Assembly: GCA_041661385.1 (NCBI GenBank)
Contig: JBAZUP010000001.1
Location: 704,907-768,906, forward strand
Origin: Patescibacteria group bacterium
GTDB lineage: Bacteria > Patescibacteriota > Patescibacteriia > Magasanikbacterales > GWA2-37-8
DNA: 64,000 bases
Reading direction: 5' to 3'
This document shows, piece after piece, positions 25,556 to 35,613 of this stretch (position 1 is the first letter of the stretch; each line of letters opens with the position of its first letter). A model generated the notes under the pieces. The model saw only the letters and a program-made list of their open reading frames with translations. It did not search any database and was not told the DNA's origin. A program made the translations under genes and the position numbers.

Positions 25556-27088
25556 ATGAAAGAAAATATAAAACAAATTATTGCTGAGCTTTGTGAACTT
25601 GATCCGGAATTAAAAAATCATGAAGATAAATTAATTAAAATTATTGAGAATTTTTTAGCTGCAAAGCCGGATACAAAATTTGATGAAAAATTTGCGCGCA
25701 CTCTTAAAGCAAAAATATTATCAGAATCAATGCCAGAGAAAAAAGTTTTTGGCAGTTCATTTTTATCAGTTTTTTATATGAAAAAATATTTAATTTTATC
25801 AGGAGCGACACTCGCGGTATTGATTATCGCGGTTACGCTTAGGGAAGCATTGCCTACACTCGTTGGGCCTAAACAATTAACCAGCAATAAACCAAATATA
25901 ACCAGAGTTGCTTCCGGTGCTTTTGGTTCGCTAACCGGTCAGCAAACTGGCAGTGAACAAGTTATGCCAAAAGCTACTTCTAATATTGCTCCAATGTACG
26001 GTCGCGGCGGTGGTGGCGGGGGCGTCGCAAGCATGGGGGTTGCTGGATCATCTGGCACTGCTACTCTAGACGCGGCAGTTTCACCTGCGCCAGATGCAAA
26101 AATGATGATTTATCGTCCGTATCAAATTAAGTATGTATATAAGGGGGACAAACTGGAACAAGGCGATAAAAATCTAGATGTTTTACGAAGAGTAAAACCT
26201 GAGCTTAATACTTCGGGCGCAGTAAGCGTCTTGAATAAGTTAAGTTTTGGCGGGCTTAATTTAGGAACTTTTGCCAATACTCAGGTTACAAATTTTGAAT
26301 TAGCGCAGAAGGACAGTAAAGGCTATATCACAAATGTCGATCTAAGAAATGGCAGTATTTCCATTTCACAAAATTATAATGCCAACCCATGTCCAAACGG
26401 TGTTTGTCCGGTTTATCAACCGCTTCGTCCTTCGGAAATGCTCTCTGATGAAACTCTCATTTCGTTAAGCAACGATTTTCTCAAGGGTCACGGTGTTGAT
26501 TTATCTAATTATGGCGAACCAGTAGTTCAAAATGACTGGCGCAAGGGAATGGAAACTGCCGCGTCAGATTTTGCTCCTTATGTCCCAGACATTATCTCGG
26601 TATTATATCCGCAAAAAATAAATGGTACGCTTGTTTACGAATTAGGCGGCGGTGAAAGCGGTCTTACAGTGAATGTCGATGTAAGAAACAAGCAGGTGAG
26701 TGGCGCTTGGAATATTACTAATCAAAATTTTGAAGCCGCGCAATATGAGGCAGAAACTGATACCGCGAGGATTATTAAAATCGCCGAAAACGGCGGAATA
26801 TATGGAAGTGGTTATATGGATCCGAGCGCGGAAATAATTGAGCTTGAGCTAGGTACTCCAACACGCGTTCTTACTAAGACCTGGAAGAATGATGGTTCCG
26901 GAGAAATAATCGTTCCGGCCTTATATTTCCCAATATTAAAAGCGCCAACTGGTAAACAGTTTTATTTCCAAACTGCGCTTGTTGTGCCGCTTATTAAAGA
27001 ATTGTTGCAGGAGCCAAGTGGAGGTCCGATTCAGTTAATGAAAGGGTCAGTCACCCCCGCTTCACCGCCAGAAGTAAAAGGACTATAA
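25556..27088 (+). CDS. membrane-anchored protein, possible anti-sigma factor with a large extracytoplasmic domain
   Basis: 510 aa; roughly 75-aa cytoplasmic N-terminus, a single TM (LILSGATLAVLIIAVTL), Gly-rich linker, and large C-terminal domain. Positioned directly after the ECF sigma factor. Confidence 0.4.
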   Translation: MKENIKQIIAELCELDPELKNHEDKLIKIIENFLAAKPDTKFDEKFARTLKAKILSESMPEKKVFGSSFLSVFYMKKYLILSGATLAVLIIAVTLREALPTLVGPKQLTSNKPNITRVASGAFGSLTGQQTGSEQVMPKATSNIAPMYGRGGGGGGVASMGVAGSSGTATLDAAVSPAPDAKMMIYRPYQIKYVYKGDKLEQGDKNLDVLRRVKPELNTSGAVSVLNKLSFGGLNLGTFANTQVTNFELAQKDSKGYITNVDLRNGSISISQNYNANPCPNGVCPVYQPLRPSEMLSDETLISLSNDFLKGHGVDLSNYGEPVVQNDWRKGMETAASDFAPYVPDIISVLYPQKINGTLVYELGGGESGLTVNVDVRNKQVSGAWNITNQNFEAAQYEAETDTARIIKIAENGGIYGSGYMDPSAEIIELELGTPTRVLTKTWKNDGSGEIIVPALYFPILKAPTGKQFYFQTALVVPLIKELLQEPSGGPIQLMKGSVTPASPPEVKGL

Positions 27089-27093
27089 TAGCG

Positions 27094-29217
27094 TTGTTAT
27101 TAATAACAACCTCTATGTATTCATTTATGAAAAAAGCTCTATTAACTCTGATTATTGGTTCTGCTGTTACGGCTGGGCTGGGAACGATTTTTTTGGTGGA
27201 GGGTTCTTTTGCCGCGGTTAAAATAATTCGTCCTTCGGCAAGCGCGAGCACCGTCCGCAAATTTATTTCGGCCGCCGATTTTAAAAATTATCTCGTCAAA
27301 GCCAGTCAAAAAAATAGCAATCTTTATGGCGGCGGAGTAATGATGAGAAATTTGGCTTTGCCAACGATGGCTTTAGAAAAAAGTTCAGATTCAGCTTCGG
27401 CAAATATCGGACCAACCGCGCAAACCGGTTCATCAGTCGGATCCGAAACTGCCACCGATCGTTATTCTTCAACTAATGTTCAAGTGTTTGGAATTGACGA
27501 ACCGGATATTGTAAAAACCGATGGAACTAATATCTTTCTTTCCACTCAAAATTGGTATCCGATTTATTATGCCAAACCAATGATGTTTCGAGCGGAAACG
27601 GGCGGTGCTTATCGATACCCAAATTATCAGAGTTCGGTTAATGTTATTAAAGCTAACCCGGTAACCGATTTTAAATTACTACGAAAGATTTCAACGGCCG
27701 GAAATTTATTGCTTGATGGTAAGGTGCTCATGGTTTTTAACGGCAACTCTGTGAAAGGATATGATGTGAATGCGAGCGGAACCGATAAGGAATTATGGAA
27801 AATTGAATATGGTCAGAACGATACTTTGGTTGGCGCAAGACTTTATAATGGAAAGCTTTTTCTAGCTACTAAGCAAAATATAAATTATGGCCGCCCCTGT
27901 CCGTATCAACCCTTTACTGCTGGTACTTCGAAAATCATGATTCCTTGTGGAGTTATTTATCATCCGATATCCCCAGTACCGACCGATATTTTATATACTG
28001 TTTCGTCGTTTAACACCAAAACCGGTACGGTCATTAACAACACCTCTTTCACCGGCTCGAATGATTACTCAATTCTTTATATGTCTCCGAACGCCATGTA
28101 TCTGACATATTTCAGCCCCGGTGACATGGTGCGGTTTACATATAATTTCTTTGCGGCCAATAAGGACCTGGTTCCGGCTGAAACTTTAAGTCGACTTGGA
28201 AAACTTATTAGTTATGATATCAGCGACGGAAGCAAACAAAATGAGATGTCGTACATCATTAATCAATGGCAACAAAATATTGATCAGGATGAACGAATGA
28301 AATTGCAAAATGAATTACAGAATCGCATTTCAAAATATTATCCGCTTCATCTGCGCGAACTTGAAAAAACCAGCATTGTTAAAACTTCTTTAACTGATTT
28401 TAAGGTGCTTGGAGTCGGTACGGTGCCGGGGCGAATCTTAAATCAATTTTCAATGGATGAATATAATTATAATTTACGGGTCGCGGTTACGGTTGGCCAG
28501 AGTTGGTTTTCGGCTGGGGGCATCAACGCTTCGGTAAAAAGCGTAAGTGACGTGTATGTTTTAAGCGAAAACATGGCCACCCTCGGCAGTGTTAAGGATC
28601 TGGGTGAGGGCGAACAGATATATTCAGCCCGGTTTATCGGTGAGCGCGGCTATGTGGTTACCTTTAAACAAACCGATCCGTTTTACGTGCTTGATTTAAG
28701 CAAGCCGAACAGTCCAAAATTAGCAGGAGAACTAAAAGTGCCAGGTTATTCTGGATATCTTGAGCCGATCAGCAATAATATTATCCTTGGAGTCGGTAAA
28801 GAGGATAATAAAGTGAAGCTTGCGCTTTATGATGTGTCGAATGCGAACAACCCTACCGAAGTAAGTAAATATATTTTGGATGAATATTGGTCAGACGCTC
28901 TAAACGACCATCACGCCTTTCTTAAAGACGAAAAACACAATTTGTTCTTTATTCCCGGCAGTCAGGGCGGTTATGTGATGTCTTATTCTGGCAATGGGCT
29001 TTCCATGCTAAAGGCGGTAAGTGAACCTGGAATTCAGCGTGCTTTGTATATAAATGATTTAATGTACATTATCAGCCCGAATCGTATAAGTGCCTGGGAT
29101 GAAAATAGCTGGAACAAAGTAAATGAACTTAATTTAACTGAGGCGATTCCGGAAACAATCATTAATCCACCGGTCATAACACCGATGATGAACGTCTCAC
29201 CCGGAGTAATTAGATAA
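27094..29217 (+). CDS. secreted or surface beta-propeller domain protein
   Basis: 707 aa; N-terminal signal/TM (LLTLIIGSAVTAGLGTIFLV) and a C-terminal block (SARFIGERGYVVTFKQTDPFYVLDLSKPNSP...GYSGYLEPI) characteristic of archaeal/CPR beta-propeller domain proteins. Confidence 0.45.
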   Translation: MLLITTSMYSFMKKALLTLIIGSAVTAGLGTIFLVEGSFAAVKIIRPSASASTVRKFISAADFKNYLVKASQKNSNLYGGGVMMRNLALPTMALEKSSDSASANIGPTAQTGSSVGSETATDRYSSTNVQVFGIDEPDIVKTDGTNIFLSTQNWYPIYYAKPMMFRAETGGAYRYPNYQSSVNVIKANPVTDFKLLRKISTAGNLLLDGKVLMVFNGNSVKGYDVNASGTDKELWKIEYGQNDTLVGARLYNGKLFLATKQNINYGRPCPYQPFTAGTSKIMIPCGVIYHPISPVPTDILYTVSSFNTKTGTVINNTSFTGSNDYSILYMSPNAMYLTYFSPGDMVRFTYNFFAANKDLVPAETLSRLGKLISYDISDGSKQNEMSYIINQWQQNIDQDERMKLQNELQNRISKYYPLHLRELEKTSIVKTSLTDFKVLGVGTVPGRILNQFSMDEYNYNLRVAVTVGQSWFSAGGINASVKSVSDVYVLSENMATLGSVKDLGEGEQIYSARFIGERGYVVTFKQTDPFYVLDLSKPNSPKLAGELKVPGYSGYLEPISNNIILGVGKEDNKVKLALYDVSNANNPTEVSKYILDEYWSDALNDHHAFLKDEKHNLFFIPGSQGGYVMSYSGNGLSMLKAVSEPGIQRALYINDLMYIISPNRISAWDENSWNKVNELNLTEAIPETIINPPVITPMMNVSPGVIR

Positions 29218-29227
29218 AAAAATTATA

Positions 29228-29255
29228 ACCCCCGCTAAAAAAGCGGGGGTTTTTG
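29228..29255 (+). terminator. rho-independent terminator
   Basis: cccccgct-aaaaaa-gcgggggtttttg. Confidence 0.7.
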
Positions 29256-29307
29256 TATCTGGACATTTTGCCTGATTTGATATAGAGTACCTTATTATTA
29301 AAATAAT

Positions 29308-29916
29308 ATGTTTAATAAAATTCCTTCTCAGACAACAATTCAGAATACTATCGCGGCCTTGCGCAATAACAATATTGAGGCTTTTTTGGTGCAAAATGGC
29401 GAAGAAGCCAAACGTAAATTTTGGGAGATTGTTCCGGAAGGCGCTGAAGTGATGAATATGACTTCGGTCACTTTGGGTTCAATTGGGCTCGATAAAGAGA
29501 TTGAGGGTTCGACTGATATCAAATCAGTAAGAAGTCAGCTTTTGAAAATGGACCGAAAAACTGAAGGATCACAGATGCAGAAATTAGGCGCTGCTCCGGA
29601 TTTTGTTATTGGCAGTGTTCATGCCGTTACCCAAGATGGTCACGTGCTTATCGCATCCAATACCGGCAGTCAATTACCGGCTTATGCATATGGATCTAGC
29701 CGGGTAATTTGGATTGTTGGGGCGCAGAAAATTGTAAAAGACATTGATGCCGGCACGCGCCGAATTTATGAATATGTTTTACCTCTCGAAAGTGAACGGG
29801 CAAAAGTCGCCTATGGTGCTCCGGGCAGCGCAGTTAACAAAATGCTTATCTTTAGCCGCGAGACCCAACCAGGAAGAGTGACGATGATTTTGGTTAATGA
29901 GGTGCTTGGCTATTAA
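29308..29916 (+). CDS. LUD-domain protein (LutC/YkgG family)
   Basis: 202 aa; pattern ...LIASNTGS....AYGSSRVIWIVGAQKIV.D...A..RI.EYVLPLE matches the lactate-utilisation C family fold. Confidence 0.5.
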   Translation: MFNKIPSQTTIQNTIAALRNNNIEAFLVQNGEEAKRKFWEIVPEGAEVMNMTSVTLGSIGLDKEIEGSTDIKSVRSQLLKMDRKTEGSQMQKLGAAPDFVIGSVHAVTQDGHVLIASNTGSQLPAYAYGSSRVIWIVGAQKIVKDIDAGTRRIYEYVLPLESERAKVAYGAPGSAVNKMLIFSRETQPGRVTMILVNEVLGY

Positions 29917-29996
29917 GATTAAATAAGATTTTTTAAAAGCCCGCTTAATTTGCGGGTTTTTTGTTTCAATAAATTGTTAAAAATGCTACAATATGA

Positions 29997-32495
29997 TTGA
30001 TGTCACGACTTAACTTACAAGGTCTTAGCGAAAAGGAGGCAAAAATTGCCTTGTTTAGATTTGGAAAAAATCAGTTAGTTCAAAAGAAAAAAATTTCTGC
30101 TTGGGTTAGGTATCTTCGTTATTTTAAAAATCCGCTCATTATAATTTTGGTTGTTTGCGCGGTATTATCTACTTTGTTTGGTGAAAGCCGGAGCGCAACG
30201 CTGATTGTGGCCATGATTTTGCTCAGTACACTGCTAAACTATTATCAGGAACAAAAATCCGGCAGTGAAGCGGAAAAACTACAAGAAAAAATTTCGTTAA
30301 TCGCGTCAGTAGTTCGGGGTGGAATAAAAAAAGATATTAGTGCTGAACTTATCGTACCGGGCGATGTTGTTTTTTTGTCAGCCGGAAATATTGTCCCGGC
30401 CGATGGGGGTCTTGTTTCGGCTGAAAGTTTGTTTGTGAATGAGGCGGCTCTCACCGGGGAAAGTTTTCCGGTGGAAAAGGAGGGAAGCGAAGAAAAGGAT
30501 TGTGATAAAAAAAGCTGTTTGGTCCATGCGGGGACTAATGTTGTTTCTGGGTCAGGGTACTTGATTGTCAGGGCAACCGGAAGTAATACTGAGTTTGGGA
30601 AAATCGCTTCTTCAATCGCTGAAGAGTCACCACCGGACGCTTTTGAAAAAGGTATTACAAATTTTGGTTTTCTTATCGTTAAAGCAACGGTTTTCATTGT
30701 GATAACTGTTTTTTTAATTATAGTCTTTAAACCACTTTTAAATCATACTGAGCTTAGCCAAGCTGACCTTGTCCAGTCTTTTTTGTTTGCGCTTGCGATC
30801 GCGGTTGGTCTTACACCGGAACTCTTGCCGATGATCATGAGCCTTAATATGACAAAGGGGTCCCTTCGTATGGCAAAGCACGGTGTGATAGTAAAACGTT
30901 TAAATGCTATTCCAGATTTTGGTAGTATTGATATTTTATGCACGGATAAAACCGGCACTCTTACTGAAGATACTATTACACTGGTTAAATACGTAGATAT
31001 AAAAGGTGCTGAATCCGATTCGGTTTTGCGTTATGCCTATGTAAATAGCGTTCTTCAAACCGGATTAAAAAATCCTCTTGATAATGCAATTTTAAATTTT
31101 AAACATTTATCAGTAAAGAATTTTCACAAGCTTAAAGAAATTCCGTACGATTTTTATCGTAAGCGAATCTCTGTGATTGTTAATCACGAAAATAATCACG
31201 AACTTATAACTAAAGGCCAACCAGAGGAAATAATAAAAATATCCACGCATTTTGAATTAAACGGAGCGGTTCATAAAATTAGCGAAGATTTTTTAAAGGA
31301 CTTTGCAACTCTTTACCGGCAAATGAGCGAGCAGGGTTTTAAAACTCTCGCAGTTGCGAGGCGACATTTTCCGGAAAGAAAACATTCTTATGATAAAAAT
31401 GATGAATGTGAAATGGTTGTTTTAGGTTTTATCGGATTTTTTGATCCTCCAAAACAAACTGCGGCTGAAACTGTAAAAACTCTTTTTGAACATGGAGTAG
31501 AGGTAAAAATTATTACCGGCGATAACGAATGGGTGACAAAAAAGATCTGTACGGAATTAAAAATTGAAATTAAAGGTATTTTGATTGGCGACGAAACATT
31601 AAATATGACTGAAGAAGAGCTTGCGCACCGGGCTGAAAATATCACCATTTTCGCCCGCTTCACTCCCGAGCAGAAGCGCCGCGTTATTGTTGCTTTGCGC
31701 TCACTTCATAAGGTGGTTGGTTATCTTGGAGACGGCATAAATGATGCGCCGTCGCTTAAAGCCGCGGATATTGGAATATCGGTGAGTAATGCCGCCGATG
31801 TTGCCAAGGAAACGGCGGATATTATTCTTAGTCACAAAAGCTTGCATGAGCTCGGGCAGGGTATTATTGAAGGAAGAAAAACATTTGGTAATACTTTGAA
31901 ATATTTAATGATGGGACTTAGTTCAAATTTTGGTAACATGTTCAGCCTTATTGGTGCGGCAATATTTTTACCATTTTTGCCGATTTTGCCTTTTCAAGTT
32001 CTGTTAAACAACTCGCTTTACGATTTGTCGCAAACTACCATTCCATCTGATCATGTCGATGGGGAATATTTAAAAAAACCCAAACACTGGGACGCAAAAT
32101 TTATGCGTAAGTTTATGATCGTGTTCGGGCTCATGAGTTCAATTTTTGATTTCGCTACCTTCTACATGCTATATGGGGTTTTTCATTTGGGAGCCGCTTC
32201 ATTTCATACGGGTTGGTTTATTGAATCGCTTGCAACTCAAACGCTCGTTATTTATATTATTCGGACTCGTAAACTTTTCTTTACTTCGCGGCCGAGCACT
32301 TATTTAATAGTAACAACACTGCTCGTAGTTGGCGCCGGATTTATTTTACCGTACACCTTTATGGGCGCCTATTTCAGCTTTGAACCATTACCGCCTGTGA
32401 TTCTCGGTTCAATAGTTGGACTCGTTACCATGTATTTGGTTTTAGTTGAGGGTGTAAAACATCTTTTTTATCGTTTGGTGCCAACTTCAGATTAA
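29997..32495 (+). CDS. cation-transporting P-type ATPase (MgtA-like, type IIIB or II)
   Basis: 832 aa; phosphorylation site ICTDKTGTLTED, TGES, hinge GDGINDAPSLKAADIGISV, and 10 predicted TMs. Confidence 0.8.
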   Translation: MMSRLNLQGLSEKEAKIALFRFGKNQLVQKKKISAWVRYLRYFKNPLIIILVVCAVLSTLFGESRSATLIVAMILLSTLLNYYQEQKSGSEAEKLQEKISLIASVVRGGIKKDISAELIVPGDVVFLSAGNIVPADGGLVSAESLFVNEAALTGESFPVEKEGSEEKDCDKKSCLVHAGTNVVSGSGYLIVRATGSNTEFGKIASSIAEESPPDAFEKGITNFGFLIVKATVFIVITVFLIIVFKPLLNHTELSQADLVQSFLFALAIAVGLTPELLPMIMSLNMTKGSLRMAKHGVIVKRLNAIPDFGSIDILCTDKTGTLTEDTITLVKYVDIKGAESDSVLRYAYVNSVLQTGLKNPLDNAILNFKHLSVKNFHKLKEIPYDFYRKRISVIVNHENNHELITKGQPEEIIKISTHFELNGAVHKISEDFLKDFATLYRQMSEQGFKTLAVARRHFPERKHSYDKNDECEMVVLGFIGFFDPPKQTAAETVKTLFEHGVEVKIITGDNEWVTKKICTELKIEIKGILIGDETLNMTEEELAHRAENITIFARFTPEQKRRVIVALRSLHKVVGYLGDGINDAPSLKAADIGISVSNAADVAKETADIILSHKSLHELGQGIIEGRKTFGNTLKYLMMGLSSNFGNMFSLIGAAIFLPFLPILPFQVLLNNSLYDLSQTTIPSDHVDGEYLKKPKHWDAKFMRKFMIVFGLMSSIFDFATFYMLYGVFHLGAASFHTGWFIESLATQTLVIYIIRTRKLFFTSRPSTYLIVTTLLVVGAGFILPYTFMGAYFSFEPLPPVILGSIVGLVTMYLVLVEGVKHLFYRLVPTSD

Positions 32496-32506
32496 TAAAG
32501 AGGTCG

Positions 32507-32535
32507 TTGACAAGCAAAGAAAAAAACTGTATAAT
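32507..32535 (+). promoter_or_regulatory. consensus sigma70 promoter for the tRNA-Gly/tRNA-Met pair
   Basis: TTGACA-17 nt-TATAAT exactly, about 50 nt upstream of tRNA-Gly(GCC). Confidence 0.7.
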
Positions 32536-32583
32536 CTCAACTGTCATTTGTTCGTTTGAAGAGCGATGCTACAGGCGAAGAAG

Positions 32584-32657
32584 TGCGGTAGTAGTTCAGT
32601 TGGCTAGAACGTCTCCTTGCCAAGGAGAAGGTCGCCGGTTCGAATCCGGTCTACCGC
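32584..32657 (+). tRNA. tRNA-Gly (anticodon GCC)
   Basis: Acceptor GCGGTAG/CTACCGC, D-arm AGTTCAGTTGGCTAGAAC, anticodon stem TCTCC/GGAGA with loop TTGCCAA, T-arm CCGGTTCGAATCCGG. Confidence 0.9.
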
Positions 32658-32701
32658 TCAGAGAAGCTTCATAATATTGAGGCTTCAACAATTCATATAT
32701 A

Positions 32702-32773
32702 GCGGGGTAGAGCAGCCCGGCAGCTCGCAGCGCTCATAACGCTGAGGTCGCGGGTTCAAATCCCGCCCCCGCA
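32702..32773 (+). tRNA. tRNA-Met (anticodon CAT; elongator Met or lysidine-modified Ile2 cannot be distinguished)
   Basis: Acceptor GCGGGGT/CCCCGC (G1-C72, so not an initiator), anticodon stem CAGCG/CGCTG with loop CTCATAA, T-arm GCGGGTTCAAATCCCGC. Confidence 0.85.
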
Positions 32774-32939
32774 ACAAATTAAACACAGCCCTATCAAGGG
32801 TTGTGTTTAATTTTGTAGGTCGAGGGATTTGAACGGGAAAGGGAGAAAACGGAAGTTTTCTCCTGCTGAGGAAAGTTCACGAAAACCCGAACGGTTTTCG
32901 TGGGAGCGTAGCGACTCTTATCCCGCCCCCGCAACAAAT
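32760..32939 (+). repeat. 20-bp direct repeat: tRNA-Met 3' end (atcccgcccccgcaacaaat) duplicated 160 bp downstream
   Basis: Exact copies at 32760-32779 and 32920-32939 flank 140 bp of hairpin-rich DNA. This is the att-like signature of a tRNA-targeted integration, now reduced to a remnant. Confidence 0.6.
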
Positions 32940-32940
32940 A

Positions 32941-32967
32941 AAAAACCCTCCGCTTGGAGGGTTTTTT
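32941..32967. terminator. bidirectional rho-independent terminator
   Basis: aaaaaccctccgc-ttg-gagggtttttt. Confidence 0.7.
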
Positions 32968-33016
32968 ATTAAGTTTAAATTCAATTCTTCGACAGCTCCG
33001 TTTTATAATAATTTTC

Positions 33017-34060
33017 TTACAGATCCCAGAAGGATTGGCAAAGCGCAGCGATAATTGGACCAAGAACAAAACCAGATAGGCCAAAGACGACTACGCCACC
33101 GAGGGTTGAAAATAAAACAATAACAGGGTGCATTTCTAATTCTTTGCCGACAATGAAAGGTCTTAGGATATTATCAATGGTGCTAACTAATAAAATGCCA
33201 ACAGTCAAAATAATAACTCCTTGAGCCATATGGCCAGTTGCGATTTTGATTAAGCCAGCCGGAAACCAAACCAGAAATGTACCAGTAACCGGTATTGCTC
33301 CAAGCGCCGCCATTATTAGACCCCAAATTAATGGTCCGGGCACGCCGGTAACCCAAAATAATAATCCGCCAAGCACACCCTGAATTAATCCGACTATTAC
33401 TGTGCCTTTTATTGCTGAGCTCGCAGCAGCGGTAAATTTATCATAAAGCAGTTGTTCATAGCGATTTCCAAGGGGGAAAATGTACATTAGTTTCTTCAAA
33501 ATTTTGTCTCCATCGCGAAGAAAAAAGAATAGAGAATATAACATCAAAACAAACAAAGCGATAAATTCAAGTGAGTTTTGAGTTAAAGATTTTACTGAAA
33601 CATAGACAAAAGTGACAACACTGCGGCCAATTTCGTCGAGTCGGCCAGATACAGAAGTATCATTAAGACCCATTTTTTGAATTAATTCATTATTATGTAA
33701 GAAATTATTTACATCTTGAATGACGCCGCCAAGCTGATCGGTTTGGCCATAAGAGTTAAAAATATTTACGATTTCTTTAATGAGAAGCGTTACAATGAGC
33801 GAAAGAGGCAAAAGGACCATTACGGTAACAATAACTAAAGTTAAAGCGGCGCTAATGCTCGGGTTAAGCAGTTTGGTAAAGCGCTTAAAAAGCGGGTAAA
33901 AAAGTGAAGCGATAACTGCTGCCCAGAAAATCGGATAAAAAAACGGATTAATAACGTAGAAAAAAAGCAAACTTACCCCGCCAAGTGTGATTAAAAAAAT
34001 GTAATTTCGCGTTTTGTTCATCTCCATAAAAATATAGCTAAAGTAAGGTAATAATAGCAA
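33017..34060 (-). CDS. AI-2E family transporter (PerM/UPF0118 permease)
   Basis: 347 aa polytopic membrane protein with the typical AI-2E length and topology; Gly-rich C-terminal helices. Confidence 0.5.
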   Translation of the reverse strand: MLLLPYFSYIFMEMNKTRNYIFLITLGGVSLLFFYVINPFFYPIFWAAVIASLFYPLFKRFTKLLNPSISAALTLVIVTVMVLLPLSLIVTLLIKEIVNIFNSYGQTDQLGGVIQDVNNFLHNNELIQKMGLNDTSVSGRLDEIGRSVVTFVYVSVKSLTQNSLEFIALFVLMLYSLFFFLRDGDKILKKLMYIFPLGNRYEQLLYDKFTAAASSAIKGTVIVGLIQGVLGGLLFWVTGVPGPLIWGLIMAALGAIPVTGTFLVWFPAGLIKIATGHMAQGVIILTVGILLVSTIDNILRPFIVGKELEMHPVIVLFSTLGGVVVFGLSGFVLGPIIAALCQSFWDL

Positions 34061-34071
34061 AATCGGGTAAT

Positions 34072-35508
34072 CTACGCAACTTTACTAAAATTAATTATTT
34101 CTTTTAAAGATTGTAATTTAATAATTTTAAATAAAAATATAAGTGCGGTATAAACCAAAATACCAAGCAAGATGGAGGGGATAAGAGGCCAGGAGACGGT
34201 AAAAATTATTGTGCCCATTATAATGCTGGAAAGAAGTATTTTGGCGAGAGTGCCAAATTTTGGCATTATTCCCGAATAAACAACGGCCATAAGAGCAAGA
34301 AAAATACCGGCGTAAATTTCCGAAAATATTGTCACCCAGACTGCTCCCAACCAGCCATATTTTGGGATAAATATCAGATAACCGGTTACGCTAAGTATCG
34401 CGTCAGAGCCATATATCAGCAAAGCTTCTTTTTGGCGATTAATTGCAAGGACCACATGGCCAAAGGTCATGCCAAAGGTCGTGCCAAGAATAGAAATACA
34501 TAACCAGCGGAGCATCGCGCCGGAGCCAGAAAATTCTGAGCCCGCAATAAAATTCATGATTGGACCTGCGAGCACAAATATTCCTGTTACCATTGGAAAA
34601 AGAATTAAAGCGAGCAGGTCAACGCCAATTTGGTAGCGTTTTTTAAATTCATCCAATAGTTTTCTCGACCAGGCAAAAGTTAAGAGCGGCATGACAAGGC
34701 CCATGACAATCGCGGCAATTTGGGTTGTAATGTCTAATACTCGGTAAGCGGCGCCATATAAACCAACTTCTGACTGTGAAACATAAAGAGGCAAAATGAC
34801 ACGATCGGCTTGTAGGTAGAGGGTGTTAAATATAACCGATATGGCAGTCGGCCACATTTTATGGAATATCGCCCGAGAAATTACTTTATCAATTGAAAAT
34901 TTAATTTTACCAAAGTTTTTTATCAAGTAATAAGTACTGCCCAAAGAAGAGAGGGTGATGATTAGCATTAGGGGGATAAAACCGGCCTTGTTTAGAGCCA
35001 GTATCGCAAATCCAATCACGAGAAGCACTCTTCCTATCACTTCGCTCATGGTTGCAATAAACATTGATAATTTTTGGCGATAGAAACCAATAAACACCTG
35101 ATTAATGGTGTTTGCAAAAAAAGATAATGAAGTGACGGCGACGGCAATTTTTATTTCATTTCGATAAGGGAAAAAAAGGAAGATTAGCGGTGCTAAAATA
35201 AAACAAATCGTGGCAGTGATAAATCGCCAAGTAAAAATAGTATTAAAGAGTTGTTCTTTATCGTGTTCGGGTTCGGAGAGTAAATTGGAAGTAGTGACAG
35301 TAAAACCGAAATCAATAAGAATGCCGACAAATTGGAGAAAACCGGTTGCAGTAACATACCAGCCAAATTGTTCGGTTCCTAAATTTCTCGTAAGAATAGC
35401 AACGGCAATAAGGCCAAGAATGGTGCTTACGGCTTTGCCGATAATCTGAACGATGGTATTTTGAGCCAGGGATTTGTTGAGCGTCATACGGAAGTCAGTA
35501 TAACACAA
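34072..35508 (-). CDS. MOP-superfamily flippase (Wzx/MurJ-like oligosaccharide or lipid-linked glycan flippase)
   Basis: 478 aa with 12-14 TMs; N-terminal basic/aromatic pattern typical of polysaccharide biosynthesis and flippase proteins. Confidence 0.5.
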   Translation of the reverse strand: MCYTDFRMTLNKSLAQNTIVQIIGKAVSTILGLIAVAILTRNLGTEQFGWYVTATGFLQFVGILIDFGFTVTTSNLLSEPEHDKEQLFNTIFTWRFITATICFILAPLIFLFFPYRNEIKIAVAVTSLSFFANTINQVFIGFYRQKLSMFIATMSEVIGRVLLVIGFAILALNKAGFIPLMLIITLSSLGSTYYLIKNFGKIKFSIDKVISRAIFHKMWPTAISVIFNTLYLQADRVILPLYVSQSEVGLYGAAYRVLDITTQIAAIVMGLVMPLLTFAWSRKLLDEFKKRYQIGVDLLALILFPMVTGIFVLAGPIMNFIAGSEFSGSGAMLRWLCISILGTTFGMTFGHVVLAINRQKEALLIYGSDAILSVTGYLIFIPKYGWLGAVWVTIFSEIYAGIFLALMAVVYSGIMPKFGTLAKILLSSIIMGTIIFTVSWPLIPSILLGILVYTALIFLFKIIKLQSLKEIINFSKVA

Positions 35509-35613
35509 TAAAAGCCTGATAAAAAGTTTGATAGAGAGAAGGATATTTCTACAGTTCGCAAATATTTGTGAAGTCTAGAAATGGCTCTATACGTAGTATA
35601 GAGCCGCCTCCTA

